In this document: positions 18,798-25,767 of the stretch, piece by piece | Layout of the letters: every line of letters begins with the position of its first letter | How positions within the stretch are numbered: the stretch's first letter is position 1 | Virus record (IMG/VR): IMGVR_UViG_3300021387_000463 | Coordinates: 1 to 43,000 of that record | Length of the DNA stretch: 43,000 nt | Strand: one strand, 5' to 3' | Source of the DNA: a virus | Taxonomy: Duplodnaviria > Heunggongvirae > Uroviricota > Caudoviricetes | The notes under the pieces: model-generated | Told to the model about the DNA's origin: nothing | Seen by the model: the letters and a program-made list of their open reading frames with translations, nothing else | Databases searched by the model: none | Program-made: the position numbers and the translations under genes

Positions 18798-19325
18798 ATG
18801 GCGATAGTAGTTAATTTATTTGCAGGGCCAGGTGTTGGTAAAAGCACCACAGCAGCACGTATATTTGCTGAACTTAAACTAATGGGAGTCAACTGTGAAA
18901 TGGCTCTTGAGTTTGCAAAGGATAAAGTTTGGGAAGAGTCATTCAAGACGATGGATGACCAGATTTATATCTTCGGCAAACAGTTCCATAAGATATGGAG
19001 ATTGAAAGATAAGGTCGATGTAATCATAACAGATTCACCTCTTCCAATATCAATCGTCTATGATAAGGAGAATTCACAAGCATTCCACACATTGATAATG
19101 GAGCAATTTAATAAATTTACCAATTTTAATTTCCTACTTGAGAGAGGTAGTGAGTATCAAACTGAGGGTAGAGTACAAACTGAAGATGAAGCAAAGGAGG
19201 TAGATAAGACTGTTAAAAGAGTTTTAGATGAGAATGGAATCAATTACATAACATTGCCTATTGATGGCGCATATAGTGCGATAACTGATTTTATAATGAG
19301 AGAACTTAAGTATTATAAAAGATAA
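18798..19325 (+). CDS. P-loop nucleoside/nucleotide kinase (NadR/AAA_28-like)
   Basis: Walker A GPGVGKST, IITDSP, EGRVQT lid. Confidence 0.8.
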   Translation: MAIVVNLFAGPGVGKSTTAARIFAELKLMGVNCEMALEFAKDKVWEESFKTMDDQIYIFGKQFHKIWRLKDKVDVIITDSPLPISIVYDKENSQAFHTLIMEQFNKFTNFNFLLERGSEYQTEGRVQTEDEAKEVDKTVKRVLDENGINYITLPIDGAYSAITDFIMRELKYYKR

Positions 19326-19360
19326 GATTTACTTAATGAATATCTAACAAATACAAAATA

Positions 19361-20044
19361 ATGGAAAATATTACAAAAGATTTTAGACATTTTGCAATTG
19401 ATAAGGTGGGTATGTCACCTTCAGTAATTGATGATAAGATTGGTAAGGTAAATAATCATATTACGCCTTACATCCTTGAGGAAAGACAGTTGAATGTGGC
19501 AACATTTGATGTATTTTCTAGGTTGATGTATGATAGAATCATCTATTTTACTGGAGTTGTTAATGATGAAACTTGCGACACAGCAATAGCACAGTTGCTT
19601 TACTTGTCATCAGTGGATGAGAGGGACATTAACATGTATATTAATAGCGTGGGTGGTTCAGTAATTTCTGGACTTGGACTTGTAGACACAATGAATTATA
19701 TTAATTGTGACATTTCAACTACTTGTATTGGTATGGCAGCATCTATGGGTTCTGTGCTCTTAAGTAATGGTGCAAAGGGTAAGAGATTCGTATTGCCTCA
19801 CAGTAGGGTTATGATACATCAAGTAAGCAGCAGTCAATCTGGAACTCTTGCAGACCTTGAGATTGAACTTGAGCAGACTAGAAGGTGTAAGAACGATGTT
19901 TATAAGATTCTTGCAGACAACACTGGACGTTCATTTGAGGAAATGGAGAAACTTTGTGACCGTAACAATTGGTTTATCGGACAAGAGGCTGTTGATTTGG
20001 GTATTGTTGATAAAGTGTTAATTTCAGCAAAAAAAGAAGGATAA
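19361..20044 (+). CDS. clpP: ATP-dependent Clp protease proteolytic subunit
   Basis: DVFSRLMYDRII, YINSVGG, GMAASMG (Ser), RVMIHQ (His), DRNNW. Confidence 0.95.
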   Translation: MENITKDFRHFAIDKVGMSPSVIDDKIGKVNNHITPYILEERQLNVATFDVFSRLMYDRIIYFTGVVNDETCDTAIAQLLYLSSVDERDINMYINSVGGSVISGLGLVDTMNYINCDISTTCIGMAASMGSVLLSNGAKGKRFVLPHSRVMIHQVSSSQSGTLADLEIELEQTRRCKNDVYKILADNTGRSFEEMEKLCDRNNWFIGQEAVDLGIVDKVLISAKKEG

Positions 20045-20045
20045 A

Positions 20046-20077
20046 TTTGGTTATTCAAAAAATATTTCATATCTTTG
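20046..20077 (+). promoter_or_regulatory. Bacteroidota sigmaA-type promoter
   Basis: TTTG, 20-nt spacer, TATCTTTG. Confidence 0.75.
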
Positions 20078-20083
20078 CAATAT

Positions 20084-20620
20084 ATGGATAAAATTAAAGT
20101 TTTTACACCTCCTTATGATTATGATAATGGCAAAAACATAGGATATGATATTATGCCATTAAGAGTATTTTTTGGAGGTACTATAGACAACGGAAAAAGT
20201 ATAAATTGGCAAAATGAATTGATAGGTGAACTGAATCAAGAGGATACGGTTCACCCTATCATAGTTTATAATCCAAGACGTGATAATTGGCCTTCATCTA
20301 ACGACCATAGTGAAATTGATAAACAGATTAAATGGGAGCTGTCTCATTTAGAAGATGCTGATATAATTGTGATGAACATATTAGGTGATTCCAAATCACC
20401 AATATCGTTAATGGAAATAGGATTATTTGCGAAGGCTCACAAACTAATAGTATTTTGTGAACCAAATTTCTATAGATTTGATAATGTTAGAGTTGTATGT
20501 GAAAGATACAATGTTCCGTTATATCAGACTAATGAGATTTCAGCAATTAAAAATAAGATTTTGAAGTTTGCCAATATGGATAAGAATGTACGTTATATAA
20601 CCCCTAATCGTTATGTTTAA
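20084..20620 (+). CDS. nucleoside 2-deoxyribosyltransferase-like protein
   Basis: VFFGGTI..WQ, YNPRR, QIKWE, SPISLMEIGL. Confidence 0.85.
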   Translation: MDKIKVFTPPYDYDNGKNIGYDIMPLRVFFGGTIDNGKSINWQNELIGELNQEDTVHPIIVYNPRRDNWPSSNDHSEIDKQIKWELSHLEDADIIVMNILGDSKSPISLMEIGLFAKAHKLIVFCEPNFYRFDNVRVVCERYNVPLYQTNEISAIKNKILKFANMDKNVRYITPNRYV

Positions 20621-20927
20621 AGATATAAAAAAAATTAAATACAGAAATTTAAAAATTTGGCTAGTTGACCAAATTAAAAGAAAAAGGTGGTTTACGAATT
20701 TTTTTATCACTAGAAATTCTTGGGGAGCATTTTCCATAAACTCACACGTTAATCAGCATACTGGAAAAGAAAAGGTTACGTACAATACTATTGAGAGTGC
20801 TAAGAAGGCAGCAGATGCTATGTCAAAGAAACGTGGGACACATTTCTCGTTCTACAAGTGCCTTTTCTGTGACGGTTATCATGTTGGTAAAAATAGAGAT
20901 AATAAAATAGAAGGATACGACAAATGA
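20613..20927 (+). CDS. hypothetical protein with C-terminal zinc-finger (YKCLFCDGYHVG)
   Basis: CxxC-x3-H motif; similar to 27393..27680. Confidence 0.65.
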   Translation: MFKDIKKIKYRNLKIWLVDQIKRKRWFTNFFITRNSWGAFSINSHVNQHTGKEKVTYNTIESAKKAADAMSKKRGTHFSFYKCLFCDGYHVGKNRDNKIEGYDK

Positions 20928-21343
20928 CGTTCAAAAAATTTACAAAAGAGGAGAGAAGTACGTTTCCTTATTGGTGGAATCATTACTTGGCATATAATTG
21001 GGTTGCATGGAAATTAGGTGTATGGAAACCTAAGTATCTTTTACATGACATTGAAAAACCTTGGTTAAAACTTATTTGGGGTGATTATAAAAAAGTACAG
21101 AAATGGCATAAGTATCATAATGAACACCATATATTTTCTGGTCGCCACTACGGTCTCAATAAAGTGGATTGGCTTGCAGCAGTCATTGATTGGGAATGCG
21201 GACGATACACGAAATATGCTTGTCCAAGGAATGCAAGGGAAGAGGTTGACTATCTATTAACCCAGACTGATAAGTATACTGATGATGAGAGGGAAGAAAT
21301 AAGGAAAAATTGTTATCCAATATTAGATTATTTGGAGTTGTAA
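20924..21343 (+). CDS. HD-like (DUF5662-type) metal-dependent phosphohydrolase
   Basis: LLHDIEK, HKYHNEHH, VIDWE. Confidence 0.6.
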   Translation: MTFKKFTKEERSTFPYWWNHYLAYNWVAWKLGVWKPKYLLHDIEKPWLKLIWGDYKKVQKWHKYHNEHHIFSGRHYGLNKVDWLAAVIDWECGRYTKYACPRNAREEVDYLLTQTDKYTDDEREEIRKNCYPILDYLEL

Positions 21344-21412
21344 GAGATTAATGTTAATTATTGATTATTTTTTCACTTTATTGTATATTTATATTAGAAA
21401 ATTACATTTAAA

Positions 21413-21874
21413 ATGAAGAAAATAATTAGATTAACTGAGTCAGATTTGCACAATCTTGTCCAACGCAGTGTCCTAAGAATCTTACAAGAGCAGAACGATT
21501 TTGGCTTGCTCTTGCAATCAATTGCGCAATCAATTGCTCAAAAAGGAACTATCTATGTTAATTTAGGTGAGAATTATATTGATGTTGAATTACAGCAAGG
21601 TAATTTCGCAGATATAAATTTTGAGGTTGATGGAGACCCATATCTACAGCAAGGAATGAAAAGTAGTAGCTACGATGTGCCAAATGACCCAGATGAAATA
21701 ATTGACAATTTAAAGATTACAATTGGCAGTATTGAATATTGCAACGGAGAAGGAGAATGTTTTCCAATTCGTGATAATGGAATTGTTAAAAAAGCTTTGG
21801 AAAGTGTGATTCAAGTTGATTACAGCAACTATGATGTTCCAAGCGAAGAAGATTATTTCTATTATGAGGACTAA
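21413..21874 (+). CDS. acidic hypothetical protein with MKKIIRLTESDLH leader
   Basis: MKKIIRLTESDLHNLVQRSVLRILQE; TATTTAT 20 nt upstream. Confidence 0.75.
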   Translation: MKKIIRLTESDLHNLVQRSVLRILQEQNDFGLLLQSIAQSIAQKGTIYVNLGENYIDVELQQGNFADINFEVDGDPYLQQGMKSSSYDVPNDPDEIIDNLKITIGSIEYCNGEGECFPIRDNGIVKKALESVIQVDYSNYDVPSEEDYFYYED

Positions 21875-21900
21875 TAACGTTATTTAAATACATTAAAGCT

Positions 21901-22035
21901 ATGCCATGTGGATGTAAGAACAAACAGAACGCTGCTGCAAAGCAAGCAGTACAAAAACCAAGTAATCCATTGAACAACGGAAACGTTGGTGGAATTAAAA
22001 GCGGAAGAAGAATCGAAAAGAGAATTATTCGTTAA
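21901..22035 (+). CDS. small basic protein MPCGCK... (44 aa, not in ORF track)
   Basis: ATG..TAA frame with N-terminal CGC and basic tail. Confidence 0.5.
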   Translation: MPCGCKNKQNAAAKQAVQKPSNPLNNGNVGGIKSGRRIEKRIIR

Positions 22036-22049
22036 ATCTTCTTAAGAAA

Positions 22050-22081
22050 TTTGGTTATTTAAAAAAATTTTCATATCTTTG
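22050..22081 (+). promoter_or_regulatory. Bacteroidota sigmaA-type promoter upstream of tRNA cluster
   Basis: TTTG 22050-22053, 20-nt spacer, TATCTTTG 22074-22081. Confidence 0.7.
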
Positions 22082-22122
22082 CATTATGAGTTGACGATTT
22101 CGATTCATAATGCAATTTTTTT
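22079..22122 (+). terminator. 16-bp hairpin plus T-run overlapping the tRNA promoter
   Basis: ttgcattatgagttga / tcgattcataatgcaa then T7. Confidence 0.55.
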
Positions 22123-22124
22123 AT

Positions 22125-22208
22125 GGCTTTATGCTGGAATTGGTAGACAGGCTTGACTCAAAATCAAGTGTCAGCGATGGCGTGAGGGTTCGAGTCCCTC
22201 TAAAGCTA
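22125..22208 (+). tRNA. tRNA-Leu(CAA)
   Basis: Acceptor ggcttta/taaagct, anticodon arm cttga-ctCAAaa-tcaag, long variable arm, T-loop ttcgagt. Confidence 0.9.
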
Positions 22209-22209
22209 C

Positions 22210-22410
22210 ATGGATAAGAATGTCGCTTTTAAGACCATAATGCATGAGCCAATGATACTAGATGGAGGTGGCGATGTCAATAAGCTATCTGAAATCATTG
22301 GTGATAATAACGTTGAAAGATTAGTGGGTCTTAACGTTATTAAGGAACATGATGGGTCTTTTGAAGTGACCGACTTGGGAAAGAAATTTATTGAAATATT
22401 CAACAAATGA
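22210..22410 (+). CDS. hypothetical protein within tRNA cluster, possibly winged-helix-like
   Basis: 66-aa ORF filling the gap between two tRNAs; C-terminal FEVTDLGKKFI. Confidence 0.5.
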   Translation: MDKNVAFKTIMHEPMILDGGGDVNKLSEIIGDNNVERLVGLNVIKEHDGSFEVTDLGKKFIEIFNK

Positions 22411-22419
22411 TGACAATAT

Positions 22420-22498
22420 GCCCTTGTGGTGGAATGGTAGACACGCTGATTTAAGGGGTCAGTTCTTCGGAGTGTGGGTTCGAGTCCCACCGAGGGTA
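22420..22498 (+). tRNA. tRNA-Leu(AAG)
   Basis: Acceptor gcccttg/cgagggt, Leu-type D arm, ctgat-ttAAGgg-gtcag, T arm gtggg-ttcgagt-cccac. Confidence 0.8.
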
Positions 22499-22660
22499 CT
22501 CTAGATTGGTGAAAGATGGTGGGTTCGAGTCCCACATAACGACACTAGCTAAAGTTTTCGAGGTGAAAACATTCACCAAACAACAATGTGCAGCACGTGA
22601 TGTATGTTGGCTAGGTTGGGATATTATGCGCCATAAGGAACTGCAAATATCCCATTAAGA
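22499..22660 (+). ncRNA. putative structured RNA of unknown class with a tRNA-type T arm
   Basis: Several complementary segments and a T-loop hairpin; no plausible sense ORF. Confidence 0.4.
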
Positions 22661-22661
22661 C

Positions 22662-22756
22662 ACCCCTATGGTGGAATTGGTAGTCACGCACGGTTAAGAA
22701 TCTGTGTGCCGAGGTGATAAACAGTAGGCGTGAGGTTTCGACAGCCTCTAGGGGTA
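22662..22756 (+). tRNA. atypical tRNA-Leu-like (8-nt anticodon loop ttaagaat, extended variable arm)
   Basis: Acceptor accccta/taggggt, Leu-type D arm, cacgg/ctgtg stem, T arm gaggt-ttcgaca-gcctc. Confidence 0.6.
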
Positions 22757-22762
22757 CTAAAT

Positions 22763-22836
22763 TGGTGAGTAGCGCAACTGGCTAGAGCATCAGAATTTGG
22801 GTCTGAGGGTTAAGGGTTCGAATCCCTTCTCGCCAA
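22763..22836 (+). tRNA. tRNA-Gln(TTG)
   Basis: U1-A72 acceptor tggtgag/ctcgcca; tcaga-atTTGgg-tctga; T-loop ttcgaat. Confidence 0.7.
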
Positions 22837-22856
22837 CAAAAATAAATAGTGTATAT

Positions 22857-22944
22857 TGGGAGTTGGTCGAGTGGTTTAAGACGCAGGACTTTGACCCCTG
22901 TTGGGAGAATTCCCTCGCAAGTTCGAATCTTGCACTCCTAACCA
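22857..22944 (+). tRNA. tRNA with TTG (Gln) anticodon and long variable arm; encoded CCA
   Basis: Acceptor tgggagt/actccta + ACCA; loop ctTTGac; variable stem ggga-gaat-tccc; T arm gcaag-ttcgaat-cttgc. Confidence 0.75.
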
Positions 22945-22962
22945 TTTATATATAATAGCAAT

Positions 22963-23166
22963 ATGTCAAAAGGCAAGAAATACAATACTCCCAAAAGGTT
23001 TTGGGGTAAGAATTCTCACAGTAGACACTGGAAAGCACATGTAATGGGAGGAAAACATAAAAAGTATAAATGGTTTTTCCGAAAGAAAAAGTGGTTTACT
23101 GATGAAGATTTGCAAAAAATGTCTATGAGAAAACCATTTTCTCATGAGATTTGGGGATGGGATTAA
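22963..23166 (+). CDS. small highly basic hypothetical protein
   Basis: 67 aa, K/R/W/H-rich. Confidence 0.55.
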   Translation: MSKGKKYNTPKRFWGKNSHSRHWKAHVMGGKHKKYKWFFRKKKWFTDEDLQKMSMRKPFSHEIWGWD

Positions 23167-23198
23167 GGTTGCTTATTTTCGTGGTCTAAGATACCACA

Positions 23199-23242
23199 AA
23201 AGATGCTGATTGTCTGCTAAGATAGTCAGCATCTTTCTTTTT
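23199..23242 (+). terminator. intrinsic terminator ending the tRNA transcript
   Basis: aaagatgctgattgtct-gcta-agatagtcagcatcttt plus T-run. Confidence 0.8.
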
Positions 23243-23279
23243 GAAATTAGTGTTATATTTATTCTAAAACTTAAGTGAT

Positions 23280-23450
23280 ATGAATATAGTAAGTAATGAT
23301 AAAATGGAGTTGAAGTACGATAAGTACGAGAGAACCTACACGCTCACTGTGTATGATAAGTATGGTCATTACATTGATGATGTTGTGTTGAATAGAGAAG
23401 AAGTTAAAGAACTTTATGAAGGATTAGATTCTGTAAAAAACACGTTCTAA
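23280..23450 (+). CDS. small hypothetical protein (56 aa, not in ORF track)
   Basis: ATG 17 nt after TATTTAT; MNIVSNDKMELKYDKY... Confidence 0.5.
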   Translation: MNIVSNDKMELKYDKYERTYTLTVYDKYGHYIDDVVLNREEVKELYEGLDSVKNTF

Positions 23451-23452
23451 AA

Positions 23453-23484
23453 TTTGTTAATTAGGATTTTTTTGTATATCTTTG
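23453..23484 (+). promoter_or_regulatory. Bacteroidota sigmaA-type promoter
   Basis: TTTG, 20-nt spacer, TATCTTTG. Confidence 0.7.
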
Positions 23485-23502
23485 CAAAAATGGATTAATG
23501 TT

Positions 23503-23706
23503 ATGGCAAATATGTTTTTGAAGAAAACTATGGCATCAATGTTGAACATGCCTAGTGACCAAGTAGAAGCAATCTTGAATGCTGCCGAGGCATTTAAGAG
23601 TAACGAGATTGACCGTAATCTTGCGATTAAGTTGTTCGACAAGTTTTCAAAGAAGAGTCCGAAGGAAATCAATGAGATTCTGAGGTACGTAGATAATAAT
23701 TTCTAA
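23503..23706 (+). CDS. hypothetical protein
   Basis: ATG after host-type promoter; TAATG coupling to next gene. Confidence 0.6.
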   Translation: MANMFLKKTMASMLNMPSDQVEAILNAAEAFKSNEIDRNLAIKLFDKFSKKSPKEINEILRYVDNNF

Positions 23707-24161
23707 TGACAGCCACGCAAGTGTTTATGCTTTTTCTCAAGACAGAACTTTCTGTAAATGAATACATCTTCTTCATGCACCATTTATCAAGGAGAAGAAG
23801 AGGGGGTAAGGTAAGACCAGTATTGGGAAAAGGATTTGTTGAGGGGTATCTATGTAGAACAAGGAGGACTCTTGGTGGATTTATGACAAGAGTGTTTGTC
23901 CTTTGTCCTAATCTCTTGAGGTATGGTGAAAATAATCCAACCTATATGCAGATTTATAAAGGTATAAGACCAATTTATTATGGTAAGTTTTGTTCCCCCA
24001 ACGATGATGATTATTTTTTTTGGAGGCGTGTTAATTCAAAATGCGTATCGGTATATCGTTATAAATGGCATGTATTTCTAGAGAAACACATAATAAGTGA
24101 GAAGAAATTCAATAGTGTCTATAAGGAAGGTGAAACATATAGTTACGAATACAAAAAATGA
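23706..24161 (+). CDS. hypothetical protein, MTAT paralog 1
   Basis: MTATQVFMLFLK N-terminus; W..FL.E.I C-terminal motif. Confidence 0.7.
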   Translation: MTATQVFMLFLKTELSVNEYIFFMHHLSRRRRGGKVRPVLGKGFVEGYLCRTRRTLGGFMTRVFVLCPNLLRYGENNPTYMQIYKGIRPIYYGKFCSPNDDDYFFWRRVNSKCVSVYRYKWHVFLEKHIISEKKFNSVYKEGETYSYEYKK

Positions 24162-24670
24162 CAGCAACTCAAGTATTATTTCTTTTCTTTAAGGAATGCT
24201 GTACCATCGATGAAATGAGATTCTTCAAGTATACGATTTTGAAGGACAATGGTAACAAGTATTTTAGGAAAAGACCTCTATATACCCCAACCTTTGTTGA
24301 AGACTATCTAGCTAGGAATGAAAGAGCATTAAATAACTATATGACAAGACTATTCATCCTTGCCCCTAATTTGGAAAAAAAGAGAGATAAAAATCCTAGA
24401 TGGATGTGGATAGCGAATGATTTTAAAGCTAAAAATGAGGGTAAGGTTAGAAAGTTTAGAATTAAGGATTGGTTTGGTAACTATACTGGAGAGGTTAAGG
24501 ACTATTTTGTGACATTTCAATATTATAATGCTGGAATGTACATCAACTACTATAAAAGGAAATGGAATCAGTTTTTAAGAGAAAGGATAGAGAGTAAGAA
24601 AAAGTTTAATAGCCCATTCAAGAAGGGTGAGTGTTACGATTTTAAACTAAAAACCAATGACAGCAACTGA
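24158..24670 (+). CDS. hypothetical protein, MTAT paralog 2
   Basis: MTATQVLFLFFK; FVEDYL.R..R.L..YMTRLF.L.PNL shared with paralog 1. Confidence 0.7.
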   Translation: MTATQVLFLFFKECCTIDEMRFFKYTILKDNGNKYFRKRPLYTPTFVEDYLARNERALNNYMTRLFILAPNLEKKRDKNPRWMWIANDFKAKNEGKVRKFRIKDWFGNYTGEVKDYFVTFQYYNAGMYINYYKRKWNQFLRERIESKKKFNSPFKKGECYDFKLKTNDSN

Positions 24671-25166
24671 GATATTCAAATTGTTTTTGAGAAACGGAGT
24701 TACACCAAACGAGAGACTAGCATTCATGACTGAGATACGTAAGAATGTACGTGATAAGGATAACGTCTACTTGTGGAGGCAACGCTATTGGAATGAGCCA
24801 CCGAAAGAGATACATGAGATTGAGGCATCATTCGCTGAGAGAGTTATGTTCAACAGCCACTATGTAGGTAATCATCTTGGAAGATATGGCGAATCCTCTG
24901 GTTGTACCTCTCTTTCATCCCTCATGAGGTATCTTTTGTACTACATGCAATCAATCATAGGTACAGCAAGAAAGAAGAATAGATTCCTTGGAAGGGAAGA
25001 GGTTGAAATCCCAGAGAAGATTGGATATAAGCGATATTGGGAGAACAGACTCATAAAGAAATGGCATGAATTCCTCAAAGAGAATGTGAGAAGCTATGAC
25101 AGCTATGTAGCACCTTGGGGATTCAGATATGATAGGTGGATGTTGAAGAATCAAACAAAGTCATGA
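24657..25166 (+). CDS. hypothetical protein, MTAT paralog 3
   Basis: MTATEIFKLFLR; KWHEFLKENV. Confidence 0.7.
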   Translation: MTATEIFKLFLRNGVTPNERLAFMTEIRKNVRDKDNVYLWRQRYWNEPPKEIHEIEASFAERVMFNSHYVGNHLGRYGESSGCTSLSSLMRYLLYYMQSIIGTARKKNRFLGREEVEIPEKIGYKRYWENRLIKKWHEFLKENVRSYDSYVAPWGFRYDRWMLKNQTKS

Positions 25167-25555
25167 TATACGTTTACAATAGTCATCAAGAAGATTTTAC
25201 AAGCAAACCTAATAATTTCTATATTGGTAGGGGTAGCGCATTAGGAAACCCATTCACTCATAATGGTGTCAGAAGCATATTCAAAACCATGTCATTCAAG
25301 ACTAGGGAACAAGCCATTGAAGCCTATGAAAAGTATTTCGATGAAGTCTACGGAAAGGACGAATCATTCACTAAGGCTTTTGATGAGATATATGAACATT
25401 ACAAGAATGGTGAAGATATATACCTTCAATGTTTTTGCAAGCCAAAGGCATGTCATGGTGATGTGATTGCCGATAGATTACAAAGGAAACTGATTAAGGA
25501 AAAAATGGAAGAAAGGAAGAAAAATGAAAAGATTTCCAATGAAAAGAAAAATTAA
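25163..25555 (+). CDS. DUF4326-family protein
   Basis: YIGRGSALGNPF and LQCFCKPKACHGDVI. Confidence 0.8.
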   Translation: MIYVYNSHQEDFTSKPNNFYIGRGSALGNPFTHNGVRSIFKTMSFKTREQAIEAYEKYFDEVYGKDESFTKAFDEIYEHYKNGEDIYLQCFCKPKACHGDVIADRLQRKLIKEKMEERKKNEKISNEKKN

Positions 25556-25700
25556 ACATGCTTTAACTGAGCATTGGACTAATGATGGAAGACGTTTTAG
25601 CAAGACAGATAGACAGCATCTTTTGACAAAGTGTAAGAAACGTAGCATGAGACGTTTTATACAGAGGGAAGCCGAAGAAGAAATAAATGAAGAAACATAA
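25524..25700 (+). CDS. small basic hypothetical protein (58 aa, not in ORF track)
   Basis: Frame ends immediately before terminator. Confidence 0.45.
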   Translation: MKRFPMKRKIKHALTEHWTNDGRRFSKTDRQHLLTKCKKRSMRRFIQREAEEEINEET

Positions 25701-25731
25701 AAGTAGCAATAGAAATATTGCTGCTTTTTTT
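25701..25731 (+). terminator. intrinsic terminator
   Basis: aagtagcaata-gaaa-tattgctgctt plus T-run. Confidence 0.75.
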
Positions 25732-25767
25732 GTAACCATAATATTTATAGTAAATAAATAAATTAAT

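Noticed and set aside
19361-20044. ClpP as the phage prohead protease
   Set aside because: Sequence is host-type ClpP in an accessory operon, not beside portal or capsid genes.
22206-22535. 109-aa minus-strand ORF (MGLEPT...GLEPT)
   Set aside because: Antisense shadow of tRNA T arms; GLEPT is the typical reverse-complement artefact.
22499-22660. tRNA-associated HDV-like (theta) or hammerhead ribozyme
   Set aside because: No G at the position after the tRNA 3' end, no recognisable HDV nested pseudoknot and no CUGANGA core; kept only as unknown structured RNA.
22763-22836. tRNA-Pro(TGG) call
   Set aside because: Body resembles tRNA-Pro, but the perfect tcaga/tctga stem centres TTG in a 7-nt loop and U1-A72 fits Gln; residual ambiguity remains.
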